Of a stretch of 64,000 bases of DNA, positions 37,712-50,467 are shown one piece after another. The position numbers and the translations under genes are program-made. The first letter of the stretch is position 1. Each line of letters begins with the position of its first letter. The notes beneath the pieces were generated by a model. The model saw only the letters and a program-made list of their open reading frames with translations. It made no database searches and was not told where the DNA came from. Source of the DNA: Octopus bimaculoides (Eukaryota); contig NC_068991.1 of the NCBI RefSeq assembly GCF_001194135.2, positions 79,641,945 through 79,705,944 on the forward strand, read 5' to 3'.

Positions 37712-37800
37712 TTTTATTTGTTTCTGTCATTACATTGTGGCCATGCTGGGGCACCGCCTTGAAGAAGTTTAGTCGAATGAAAGGACCCAAGTAGTTATGT
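37712..37800 (-). mobile_element. SINE family B, 3' end
   Basis: TTTGTTTCTGTCATTACATTGTGGCCATGCTGGGGCACCGCCTTGAAG...AGTCGAA, the reverse complement of the family B terminus. Confidence 0.7.
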
Positions 37801-38290
37801 GTATCCCTCTCGGTACATGTTTTGGGTACACGGCAAGCCAGCGGTTGTGCCGTGTGTTCACCATGTTATCCTGGCGTCAATTTCTTTCGTCTGTGAAAAA
37901 TCAAAACATGCTCAAGTTTGTTCAAAAGCTTCATAGCGTGATATCTTTGATGGCTAGGGATAAAAATTGATCTTACTGATTTTGTATGAGGAATACCGAA
38001 TGTCTTCATTCACTATCTACCTGTTAAGAAACTGGCGATGGACATTGGAGGGATGAAGGGACCGTTGTCAATCATGGCCTGGATCACACCAACACATTCA
38101 GTGCTGTCGTAATCACCATATGACGCATCCTACTTTATCCGAATCCTCTGCACTGTCTTCAGATTGACACCCAAACATTCCGACCTGTTCATATTGGAGC
38201 TTCTGGCGCAAATGACCAGCAGTAAAGCATGTCGTCTTCAAAATACTGGCGGAGTGAATTGCGTGATTGTCCTGCTCTTCTCACACTTAT
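37800..38290 (-). mobile_element. maT/DD37D-type (Tc1/mariner superfamily) transposase remnant
   Basis: Across frameshifts: SSNMNRSECLGVNLKTVQRIR...VIQAMIDN.P...VNEDIRYSSYKI...AMKLLNKLEH...FTDERN*RQDNMVNTRHNRWLA. FSDEK-like and NxxNxRW motifs fit the maT/DD37D group as I recall it. Confidence 0.7.
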
Positions 38291-38611
38291 GCGCACACAC
38301 AGACAACCAACCAAATAGACGCATATATATATATGTGTGCGTGTGTCTATATGTAGATACACACACGCACACGTATGCACAAACACACGTACACACATAT
38401 ATACGCCAATATACATACACATACACCAATCTCAATGTGTACATATACACACATATGTATTCTATTTTATCTCATTAGTTATTCATTCAATTACGTTTTT
38501 TAATCGATTACACACACACACACACACTCACACGGACACAGACAGACAGATATACACACACATACACACACAAACACAAACACACACACACACACACACA
38601 AACATATATAT

Positions 38612-38683
<72 letters not shown>

Positions 38684-38702
38684 GTGTATATATATATATA
38701 TA

Positions 38703-38815
38703 TATACAGCGGTCTTCTTTCAGGTTTCGTTCATCAAATCCACTCACAAGGCTTTTATCTGACCCGGTTTATTGTAGAAGCTATTAGCACATGGTTATGC
38801 AACAAGCTTCTCAAT
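38703..38815 (-). mobile_element. SINE family B head, probably the same copy as 37712-37800
   Basis: GTCTTCTTTCAGGTTTCGTTCATCAAATCCACTCACAAGGCTTT is the reverse complement of the head. It is followed on the minus strand by a long TA/CA tract. Confidence 0.65.
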
Positions 38816-40558
38816 CTTAATCTCGCAGTTAGAAATTAAAAAAAAACATCCCAGATTTCATTGGTTGAATGTAAAAATGGTTCTGAAATTTGGAACCTGA
38901 TTAAGCATGTTCTTTATGAACGCTAACGAAATTCTTAACATTGTATACACGTGTTAGAAAAATAGAAAATGGATAAAATGTTATAAATATGATGGAAAAT
39001 AAGGAAACAAATCTAAAATCTTAGCAAACAATCAAGAAAAGCAAACCTGTATTAAAAGTATTAAAACAATTTTTTATCCTTAGTGCAAAGTTCTTTTAAT
39101 GTTCCTGCTGTTAATGTAATTCTATTGTATCATGCTCATAGTAATTGCGTTATAAATGTTGCATTTAAATACTTAATATCTGCTCTTTCATTTCGCAACT
39201 ATCGTTTGAGGTTTGGAAGCATGAAGCTTTATTTCTCTGTGAATAAAGTTAACAAAATTTATATCTTGTTCGTGGTAGGAACGTGGCTGATAACTTGACC
39301 AAGTGTTACTGCATGGTGATAACATTTCGAGATATCTCTATAAAATGAATTCAGGTTACTGCCTGAACTTATAGTCGTTCACATTCAGGAGTAATTTCTG
39401 ATTATGTTGTATATATTTTTATTTTAAGTTGCATTACAATTAAGTTTATTGATCTGATAAACCATTCAATTTTGATAACGTATTTGTGAAATAGAAATTT
39501 TCTTTTATTTATTTATTTATTTATTTTTATTTTTGTTAGAAAACTTATTAACGTTTTGAAGGGCCTTCATTGCGTGGCCGAAATCATTTCTCTCATAATT
39601 TTCTCTCATAATTGACAACGAAATTTAATCTGATAATATCTTGCAATATTGTAGCATGTTATTAAAATAATTTTTGTTATTATTGTATTAGTTTCATTTT
39701 TTTTTTCTTTTTGATGAAAGTTATGATAGAGAAGAAAAACTTTTATTTGATAATTCTCTCAACATATTAAGTGAAGACTATATTAATGTTTTTTTTTCTT
39801 AATAAAACGTGAATATATGATTTTAGTATAATATGAATTCATGTGAAGATAATTGCACATTGAAAATAAATGTATTAGACAAGTAGTGTCATGAAATGAT
39901 TCAGTTAATATGTGTGAATCCTAGAGTGACTTTAGTTATATCTGAAACACTGCAGGTAGTTTACAAATGTTTGTGGACTCATTATTCTAGGGATGACTGC
40001 GAAGGCATAAAATTTAAGGTCCTCCCCGATGTTGCCATTGAAAAATACATGAAAACGATGTAATAATCATTTGATGCTTTTTCCAGTGATAAGGGATACT
40101 ATATTTCTAATTTAGCAGGTCATGTGCAATAGCCAGTGTTTGTGTCAGTAGTTATTTCTATATAAAATGTGTCCCATATTTATGAGACAAACTGTATAAA
40201 ACGAAGTTTATTTAACGCCCCATAACTGACTGAGGCTAAACTTGACGGATGTTTACCGATCATGTTATGGTGAAATATGTACGTGATGCATATGCCCTTT
40301 TAGTTTAAATATAAAATTATTGATCAGATCTTCCTCGTCTAGTGACATGATTAAGTAGATTCCATATATTTTTAATACTGCAAATAATTAGACATTTCAA
40401 GAAATAATACGACATAAATTAAGAAAATAATTTCTTCCCTTTTTTTTTTACAGTTTCTTAGATATACTGTGTTTGATCTGAACTCCCACCACTTATATAC
40501 ATACATACATACATACATACATACATACATACATACATACATACATACATACACACAA

Positions 40559-40596
<38 letters not shown>

Positions 40597-41201
40597 GGTT
40601 TAGATTTAGATTCAAGATTGAATATGGTACTTATGTTTCGGCACCAGAATATAGTATGGAATGGTATTATACAAAAACCATTCCAAAAAAACTAGGTGAT
40701 CAAAAAATCAAAATAAGCAACACGGATTTCAAAGATGATTGCAGTACGCACGTTTCATGCTACTCCATTTATTTAAGTAATGCGAGCATNNNNNNNNNNN
40801 NNNNNNNNNNNNNNNNNNNNNNNNNNNNNNNNNNNNNNNNNNNNNNNNNNNNNNNNNNNNNNNNNNNNNNNNNNNNNNNNNNNNNNNNNNNNNNNNNNNN
40901 NNNNNNNNNNNNNNNNNNNNNNNNNNNNNNNNNNNNNNNNNNNNNNNNNNNNNNNNNNNNNNNNNNNNNNNNNNNNNNNNNNNNNNNNNNNNNNNNNNNN
41001 NNNNNNNNNNNNNNNNNNNNNNNNNNNNNNNNNNNNNNNNNNNNNNNNNNNNNNNNNNNNNNNNNNNNNNNNNNNNNNNNNNNNNNNNNNNNNNNNNNNN
41101 NNNNNNNNNNNNNNNNNNNNNNNNNNNNNNNNNNNNNNNNNNNNNNNNNNNNNNNNNNNNNNNNNNNNNNNNNNNNNNNNNNNNNNNNNNNNNNNNNNNN
41201 N

Positions 41202-41229
<28 letters not shown>

Positions 41230-41244
<15 letters not shown>

Positions 41245-42120
41245 TTGCCAAAGGAATTTCCTCTGCTGAGGGCATTGTCAAAGCACTTAGTTTTTGGAGT
41301 TCAAAATGGTGCCCGGATGAGGTGAGGTTTTCAGGATACTTGCTCTTTCGTCGAAACAAGGCTTGCACCGTTTGCTCCTATTCAGATGTACTTTCAGTTG
41401 CTTAAAGACCTGCATTTAATTATGCATGGCGCACCCTCCTGTTTTAAAGGTTATATGTAACTTCCAGGAACATGATGTTGCACCTCTTTGATATATCTTA
41501 AAAGAGAACTTGTGGTTATTCAGACGCCCCTTGAATACGCCGATGACTGTAGAGCCGCCGTATATTCCAGTCTGTGCCCTTTGTACCGGTGTTGTTACAT
41601 CCACTGTTATCGCTGCTGTCGTTGACGTTGGCGATGTTACTGTCAGTGCTAGTGCTGCCGCTGTTACTGCTGCTTCCGCTGCTGTTGTTGCTGGCGTCGA
41701 TTACACTGATTAGCCTATTGGTGGACGCGATCCTTGTGTTGCATTTGCCGCTGCTCTTACTGCCACTACCGGGCGCATTCCTGGTGCCGCTGCCGCTGTT
41801 GTAGCTGTTTGTTTTGATACCACTGTTGCAGCTGTTGGTATTGCTGTGGTGACTGTCGCTGCTGCTTAGATCGCTGTTCGTGTAACTACTTCCCACCATC
41901 GCCGCTGTATTTGTTGTCGCTGTTGATCTTGCTATCGGGGGGGGGGGTTGTTTGTTCCGTTGCTGCCCCTGCTGTTACTGCCAACGCTGCTGCTGTGGTC
42001 ACCAGTGGTCTCGGAGTTGCATCAATACCCCACTGGGCATTCATTGTAAACCCTACATGAGTACCCTGCCCCTACTCGTCGCTTAGGGGTACTCATTGAT
42101 ATTTTTTTAACGCTGGGCGC
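41230..42120 (-). other. GC-rich block with imperfect (CAG/CAA/GCA) triplet tract and a degenerate zinc-finger-like motif; possibly the 5' region of a retroelement
   Basis: Much more GC-rich than its flanks, with frame-shifting Ser/Asn or Thr/Ala low-complexity reading. Downstream on the minus strand is PC..KC(fs)FKQLKVHLNRSKRC. Confidence 0.3.
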
Positions 42121-42911
42121 CCAACCAAAAGAGACTCAGTGTCTATTTAATATAACACCCGAATTTGTTTGGGTGTGTGAAGTGTTTGCCCATTAATCTA
42201 GTGAATATTCTTCCCATGCCAGTCTTGAGGTTGAGTGAGAATGATGGGGCAAACCAAACGTCTTTAGGGTAGCACTTCCCTGCTTTGTCCAGTGTCCAAC
42301 GTCTTTAGGGTGGCACTTCTCCGCTTTGGCCAGGGTCAAACCACAGGTCTCATGACATTCTCAACACACCATGACACCTAAACCGAACACAAGTCAACTT
42401 AAGTAATTTACTAAAACCACACACATTGGTTGGTGAGAATACAGTTTGCAAAAATTTACATTCTGGAGCCTATGCAAATGAAGTTAAGGTACACAGTTTA
42501 GCCATCTCGCCAGAGATCTAAGTTGTAAAACATAACTGTCACAACTACTACATGAACCTGAAGATTGCATAGTTTAATGCATGAAAGTTCAACCAGAATG
42601 GACATTTAATATCCTATCATTTCATTATATTTTCTTATATTACAAAGTTGGAATTTCTTTTCAGTAATATATGCATATATACATATATACATATATACAT
42701 ATATACATATTACCCAAACGAATTCCAGCTTTGTCTGATTTTCACGTTTTATTTACACTCTTATAATAATATAATATAGTATAATGAAATGATAGAATAT
42801 TAAGTGTCCATTCTGATTGAACTACTACTTTTCTTATATGTGTGTGTGTGTGTGTGTGTGTGAGTGTATGTGTGTGTGTGCGTGTGCGTGTGTATGAATG
42901 TACCTGTGTTT

Positions 42912-43131
42912 TTGTATCTGTTTTTGTCCCCACCCCCATCATCAATTGACAACCAGTGTTGAGGTGTTTTTGGATTCATAACATAGTGGTTTGGCAAACG
43001 TTACTGATAGAATAAATACTAGGCTTAAAAAATAAAACCTGGGGGTCGATTTCTTTGACGAAAAAGGTTTTCAAGATGGTGATCCAGCATGGCAGCAGTC
43101 AAATGCCTGAAGCATGTAAAAGAATAAAAGA
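42912..43131 (+). mobile_element. SINE family B, 3' half
   Basis: TTTGTCCCCACC...TTGACAACCAGTGTTG...GATAGAATAAATACTAGGCTT...GGGGTCGATTT...CCAGCATGGCAGCAGTCAAATGCCTGAAGC...AAAAGAATAAAAGAA. Confidence 0.8.
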
Positions 43132-44732
43132 ACATGCGTGTGTGTATGTATGTATGTATGTATGTATTTCCGGGAAAACGAGCACTTCACTTTCGCTTTC
43201 AGTTTCACTACGGTTTCCTCCCTCCCCATCTAAAAATTCGCTTACTTCAACGGACGAACACATTTATAAACGTCTCGATAAATGCTTGGTGTGTCTTTCT
43301 TCACTCGTTCTTCATTGGTTATAAAACTATCAAACTTCATCGAAAATTTCCTATCGCTGAGGAAATTTGTGGAATAATGATACTTGTTACAACAGGCGTG
43401 TTATTGCTCATAATAAAATTTAATCTATCATCTAAATAATTTGTGTTCTTCTTGCGGATTATACATTACTTAAACACATAATTAGGTATTCGTGATGTAC
43501 AATGCCTATCTATCTATACATCTATATCTAACTGACTTCATGAATATAAACATATATACAACACACAGACACACACGCATACATATATATGTATGCATAT
43601 GTATGCATATGTATGCATAAATATGCAAACTCACGCACATTCATATTAAACACATACATATATACATTCATCGGAACGATATACTTCATACATTCATATG
43701 TTTTAACTACATTAAAAGACCATTTATATATAACTGTTATCATTTTAATGGAGAAGATTTGTGACGTAACTTCATGAAGTTTACACTAGAGAATCAGAAG
43801 CAGCCATTTATGCAGGTTTCTTGATTTCTACAGAGAAGTCATGCTTTAGCTATTTCAGGTCAGTCACAAAATTTAGATAAGTTAGGCTTCTCTTCCGTTT
43901 ATTTGTCCAAATGTACGAGGGTTTTGATGTCACAGCATGCGAACTTCATTGGGCATTAGTGGGGGAGGGGGAACGGAAAGAAAAGAAGGAAAGAGCTCCA
44001 GACCGAAAGAGAGTGAAAATCACTGTTAAAGCGACAGTCAGGCTAACATATAGAGTACCTAGGTTTGTTTTTCTGTAGTTTTCTCTCAAAATTTTTTTTG
44101 CTTAAAGTCATTTTTTTTTTCCTTTTTGAAAAGCAGTACAATTCAATTAAATTGTGTATTCTCATTGATAGCCACAAAACGAAGGGAATTATTTTTTTTT
44201 AGCATTTTCTGCAACGCGAAAAAACTATTCATTTCATAATAATTGTAACTGGAACGAAAGCGATGTAAAATTGGTTTTAATAATATTCCAGAATCACCAA
44301 ACTAGTTTCATGTAAATTAATGAAAGGAAATAAATATTCGACAGGTCTCGAAACTTTGAATTTAATTTTCCATTGATAACTATTACCTTTTTTTTCCCAC
44401 TTTTTCCGGAACACTTTCTGAAGGAAGCTCATTGGTGATCTTTCACAGATATCGCTTTAGAAATAACGCGCTATTAGGAGGGCTTAAAGCGCGGTTTTCA
44501 ACAATATAGTTTTCAGATTCGCAGACTGTACGGTCTAGCTCCAATTGCAAACGATTGTTAACCCTATATGCCTTGACAGTGGCAGTCTTCATCTTTTCTA
44601 TTCCCATACATATACCAGAGCTTTACGGGAAAATATTCCAGATGATGGAAAACCGTGGTTACAGGATGTAGAGAGAACCGTATAGATATGTTTAATGATA
44701 CATTCATACGTGTATATATATATATGTATATA

Positions 44733-45447
44733 TAGTAAACATTATTTGCCAACATAATGTGGCAGTCCTGACAAGGACGATTCTTACTCTTAGTTAGCTC
44801 CAGGAAACATCATTTCCTGCTGGCTATACGACACTATCTGCATCCTTATATTTCCGAAAAGGGTGTTTGGCGTCCGCACTTAGCTTAGAGTAACATCTGT
44901 GTACCAATGGCTTCTGGGATATTTCCCCTATTCAGCACAGAATAACTGCTCAACTAGAGATGGCGCCACTAAACCCTTGTTCGAAATATATATTTTTCAA
45001 AGTGGCACACAGGCACTGATCTAATGAATAGAAAATTAAGATTTCTAAATCTCTGAACGAGAGAGTTCAGTAACAGTACTCTAGAGTAAAGATTATTTGC
45101 TAGCCAAACGTGGCAGTCATGGTTAGGATGAGTGTTACTGTTATTTAATAATAGGAAACATCGTCAGCAGCTGGCTTTTTGACACACTATCTGCGTCCTT
45201 ATATTTTCGAACAAGGGAGTTTAGGGTCCCTACTCACCTGAGAGCAATATCTGTGTGCCAATGGTTTCTGGGTTATTTCATTTCATCAGAACACAATAAC
45301 CACGACTCTGGGTTATGAGCTGAGTGGGGACCCTAAACTCCCTTGTTCGAAATATATATTTTTCAAAGTGGCACACAGGCACTGATCTAATGAATAGAAA
45401 ATTAAGATTTCTAAATCTCTGAACGAGAGAGTTCAGTAACAGTACTC
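44733..45447 (+). repeat. Two tandem copies (about 350-365 bp) of the foldback family seen at 17121
   Basis: Both units start AGTAAA..TTATTTGC...GTGGCAGTC. An inner inverted repeat lies at 45205-45236/45321-45353. The blocks 44974-45081 and 45340-45447 are identical. Confidence 0.8.
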
Positions 45448-45864
45448 NNNNNNNNNNNNNNNNNNNNNNNNNNNNNNNNNNNNNNNNNNNNNNNNNNNNN
45501 NNNNNNNNNNNNNNNNNNNNNNNNNNNNNNNNNNNNNNNNNNNNNNNNNNNNNNNNNNNNNNNNNNNNNNNNNNNNNNNNNNNNNNNNNNNNNNNNNNNN
45601 NNNNNNNNNNNNNNNNNNNNNNNNNNNNNNNNNNNNNNNNNNNNNNNNNNNNNNNNNNNNNNNNNNNNNNNNNNNNNNNNNNNNNNNATATATATGTGGT
45701 ATATGCATCACATTCATACACACGTAAACACGCACATAAATATATATAGATACACATCGTAGATGTAATAGATTTGTTAACTGGAATAAATGGATGCGGT
45801 ATAACTTTCACTTAATCCGATTAAATTAGAGGGAGAAAAACTGTCTCTCTTTATATATATGTAT

Positions 45865-45896
<32 letters not shown>

Positions 45897-46871
45897 GCGT
45901 GAGTATGCGCGTGTTGTGTGTATGCGTGTGTGTGTGTGTGTGTGAGTGTGTGTGTGTGTGTATGTGTGTGTTTGTGCGCGTGTGTGTGTGTGTGTGTGAG
46001 TATGTGTGTGTGTGTGTCAGTGTGTGTACATGCATATATAGTTACATAGTTTGAAGCAATAACAGTATATCAAATCACTTCTGCACGATTTCTAGTAGAC
46101 TAAACAAACTCTAGAATGCCTTGGTAAAGACGCTGTGAAGCGCTGAAGCATTGTGTATGTCTGAGCGTTTGTGATTAAATAGCATAGATACCGATGTCAG
46201 AAGTGAGGTGTCAGCTCGATTATGGCTATCTGTAGAAGGAAACGAAGTGATATGGCAGTTTAATAGCAGATCAAGTAAATGGCTGGAGAGTGACACTGAT
46301 TTTCAACATTTCAACAACTGTAGACATTTTACTTGTCGGACAGGTTATCAACTCTTTTATAACTTAAAATTAACTTTTATTGCGTACGATAAAACAAGTT
46401 CACTGTCTCATATTCTGGTAACCTAGCATTGATTTCTCTCTTATTCAGCAACCCATCCCGAGGCAAATCGATATTAATTTCTTAACGCTGTTTGCTTTTG
46501 CCTTCTGTCCTTACACACACAGACACACAGACACACACATGCACAAATACACACACACACACACACACAGACATATACATATGCAGACAGCGAGTTAACT
46601 ATGGAGGGAATATAAGTAGGTATATATGTGTGTATGTTGCGGTGCGTGTAACAATGTATATGTGTCTTTGTGTTCATGCATCATGAAATTCTCTATTATC
46701 ACTCAATTTAAAGTAATAATATTTCATATTAGTGTTATATGCATGGGTTTGTGGTCTAAATTATTTTATCGCAATTTACATGGTTTCATATTCGATGTAA
46801 ACATGTGGAAACTTGAGGGAGTAACTTCCATCAGTTTTGCGGCAAAAATACCATACATACATACGTACATG

Positions 46872-46930
<59 letters not shown>

Positions 46931-47289
46931 ATTTAATCTTCAGTTGTATTCGGTATTTAAATTGAGGCACCTTGCCATCTCGGTATAGTGCACACAGCTC
47001 CAAGTGAGATGAACAGAATAGAAATACATAATAAGAATATACAGGGATCAATACATTACGGCCGTTTCAAGCTGCTTCTTTTAATCGATCAATGAAAACA
47101 TTACATCAGTTTGAAAGACACCTCAGATATAAAATTAGGAAGTAATGTAAATATTTTAGTTTCTAGTATTGATGTAAATTTGTTAAAAATGGTTTATTCG
47201 TTATGCAGGAAATCTATATGGTCATCTACATCTTAGTAGAGCAGTTCCTTTCAAATTGAAGAAATATTTTGGAGGAACATCTCGTGTAA

Positions 47290-47560
47290 GATGATACCAG
47301 CTGTCTACCGAACGTATAGTGAAGGTTGACACACTACCTTCCTTTAGCAGAAATCGAAGGAAGATCTATCTCTGCTTACTGGCTGTTGCAAAAATGGTTG
47401 TGTGGCGGACACGTTTGAAAAGTTTTGAAACAATCACTTTCTGATCTGGTGAAGCTCTCATCAGTTCCTTCAAATATTATTTGAAGAGGAAGGTGAGGGT
47501 AGAGAGGGGGTGCCGCCTTTTAGTGCGTTTATCAAAAGGTAGAGGAGAGTGGCATGTTTG
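47290..47560 (+). mobile_element. L1/Tx1-like LINE ORF2 C-terminal remnant
   Basis: LSTERIVKVDTLPSFSRNRRKIYLCLLAVAKMVVWRTRLKSFETITF*SGEALISSFKYYLKRKVRVER. This resembles the xxAKxxxWxxR C-terminal region of L1/Tx1 ORF2. The clade assignment is from memory. Confidence 0.5.
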
Positions 47561-48994
47561 ATGAAACTGTTTGATGAAACTGTATGGATTACACTGTGTA
47601 TGCTTTTTCTGAGTAGCAGGAGTGAAACTTGGAGATGACAATTTGCTATAGCTTAAGGATAGCAAACTAATCCGGGTCTTTTGTGTGGGTTTTACTCCGA
47701 ATTACTTGAGTGAAATTTTTATTAATTCTATTAATTAACTATTTATTTCTCTAGCTTCTATTTATATATCTCTTATATCCTTGACTTTGGATATAGGCTA
47801 CACTGTAACAATGTTATAACACTCCAAAAACTAAATCAGTAACAAACACGTAACAAACTTATATCTCTTCCCAACGGCTTCTATGACTGCTTTCACAAAC
47901 GCGACTGCACACACCACACTGTGCGTCGCACTGTCAGTAAGCATGCGCCTTTATGATATCTAGCACAGTTCACTTTCTAGCTCACAAGGATTTTTCCACA
48001 ACAATATCCATTTTTATATCCTTTAATATTGTAGTGTCTCCCTTTGATCAATGTAAAGCCGAACCGCTTTCGTGTGTTTTATCTCATCCTTTGATATTGT
48101 TCTCCATGTCTTGGGCCCCTGAAGCCAACAAAAGAAATTATTATTATCGTTGTTCTTGTTGTTCACATATAATTTAATTAGTATTTACTTTCGAAACTAA
48201 TTTCAGCGAGCATGGAAATATTCTCTGTCTTCTTCATAGTCCATAAATTGTAGCTGGCAGATAAGGATAATTTTGACTAAATTCTTTCAACTCGTTACTT
48301 CAACAGCCTACTTCAACCACACCATTTCAGTTCAGTGTTTCACTTTGCAATTTCACTTAACACACGTGAAATAAATATCCTTTCAGTGATCGCGGTGATC
48401 TACTGTGGCATTCGCCGATGCCTACATCACGTTTTGAGGCATTAAGTATTTGAGGAGATAGTAAGCAAGTTTATTGTCGGTGTTATTTCGCATGAGAAAA
48501 TTGATTACCGCAATACAATAAAGAATGGGATACACTACTCGTCCTTTTCATAGTGTTAACACTGGTTAGCTATATCTATTGTATGAAACCGCACTTTGAT
48601 ACCTGAGTCAACACTCGAAATTAAGTGTCATGTACCCGCACAAAATGCTGCACCCCGAATACATACTTCAGATTGAAGAGTAGGATGACGAAGAATGCAA
48701 TACACATTTTTCATAAAAATTTATGTGTGAAGATAAACTTTTCATAAGCTTATTATCACACGTTTCCCTTGGTACTGAACGTCACTATGCTCTTGGGGGA
48801 TGTTTTCATTAATTGAATGGATAAAAGTAATATTTGCTTCGAGATAGTTTTCTTTTCTTGGGGTCACTCCATATTTATAGTATAACTAAATAAATTAGTC
48901 TTAGCATATTTTATTTACGGAACATTGAAAAGCTAAATAAAAACATATATGAAGCAAGAAAAATATTTTATGGTTAATATTAGCTGCATTGTTG

Positions 48995-49165
48995 AAGGTG
49001 GCAAGCTGGACAAAATGTCGTCCGTTTTTATATTTTGAGTTCAAATTCCACCGAGATACACTCTGTCTTTCATCCGTTCGGGACCCATAAAAAAAATTAC
49101 CAGTTGACCACTGGAGTCGATGTAATCGACTTAAACCTTCCAGCGAAATTGCTTGAAACCAATAT
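48995..49165 (+). mobile_element. SINE family A, degenerate
   Basis: TTGAGTTCAAATTCCACCGAG...TCTTTCATCCGTTCGGG...ACCAGTTGACCACTGGAGTCGATGTAATCGACT. Confidence 0.65.
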
Positions 49166-49374
49166 GTCATATCCGAGATGCATTGGAAATGTTTTCGGAA
49201 TTATTTTAGGAGAGGTAGTTATATCTGTCTTAGGTTATTGTAATTTTAATATATCATGATTACACATCACATAAACTGATTACCAAGTTTTATAATTCCA
49301 AACGGAAGGAGATGGATGTCTACACCCTACTAAATACTGCTTGTCACAGATGACTACTTTGCATAACGTAGTTG

Positions 49375-49665
49375 GAACGTATGCAATACAATTTTGTGTT
49401 GAGCTGGGCAAAAACGTTACAGATATTTATGAAATGCTTTTCGCTGGCACAAGAGGTTCAAGGGTGGTAAAGAAAAAGTGAGTAAAGATGAAAAGAAGGT
49501 CAGAACATGAGAGTTAGTTGAGAAAATTCGCAAATTTTGTCGATGAAAATCGTCATGTGGTTATAAAGAAGCATATTATTGGTATTGCAATTATACACAG
49601 AATTATCCATAAAGAACTGAATATAGGCAGGATTTGTGCAGACTTCGATCCCAGGGTGCTTAGAC
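49375..49665 (+). mobile_element. Mariner transposase N-terminal remnant, internally deleted
   Basis: YAIQFCVELGKNVTDIYEML(del/fs)WHKRFKGG...KFVDENRHV...IIHRIIHKELNIGRICADFDPRVL, ending in a degenerate WVPxxL motif. Confidence 0.7.
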
Positions 49666-50434
49666 TGTTTGTAAAGCTATGTACAAAGTATATCCTTTGG
49701 TAGCATTTCTTTACGCACATTTTGTGCATATTCGTAAAGGTTTATAGCGATTATAGTTTTTAGTCAAGCAATTATATTACCGATTCCTTGTTCTCACATG
49801 GCATTATTTCTGAAGTAGTAGGTTTTACGAATAGGATTCCAATTATATATATACACAGGCTCCTTGTTTACCCCAACAAATGCCTATACCTACAAGCAGT
49901 CACATGACTAGTTGGTTAACTATCACGGAAAAATTACTTACAAATTCTTCTGGATGATTTGCCAGAGATAATGGAAGATTTGGAATTCTTTACAATTTTG
50001 AGATTTCACAGCATTCTTTTTTCTTTACTTTTGTTTTCCTTTCTTTATTTATTTTTTGTCCTTAATGCAGAATTTCAAGAGAGATTCCGCTAAATATCGG
50101 ACTGAATTATTTCGCTGCTTCGCACGGAATATAAATACATTATGGCACTGACGTTTCCCAAGTCATTCTTTTTATTGTAATAACATATGAATTATAGGGA
50201 ATATTGTTACATGAACAATGAAGGTTTTCCAGTCATTGCGACAGAAATCTTTTCAACTCCTCGAAACCATTTACTTGTTTCGATTGAAGCACTATCTGCT
50301 GCGCGTAAATCTCTGAATCATTAATTTTCCATCACATATTTTTCGTCGCTAACATAGTTTCTCACTTTTCGAAGATTAGGAAGCTTTTGTGTCCATATAT
50401 TCTCGTCAAATACATCGCTCGTTATGGCTGCGAA

Positions 50435-50467
<33 letters not shown>

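Noticed and set aside
43834-43858. Possible 25-nt microexon (TTTCTACAG|...TTCAG|GTCAGT)
   Set aside because: Splice motifs alone are expected by chance, and no partner exons or host gene were identified.
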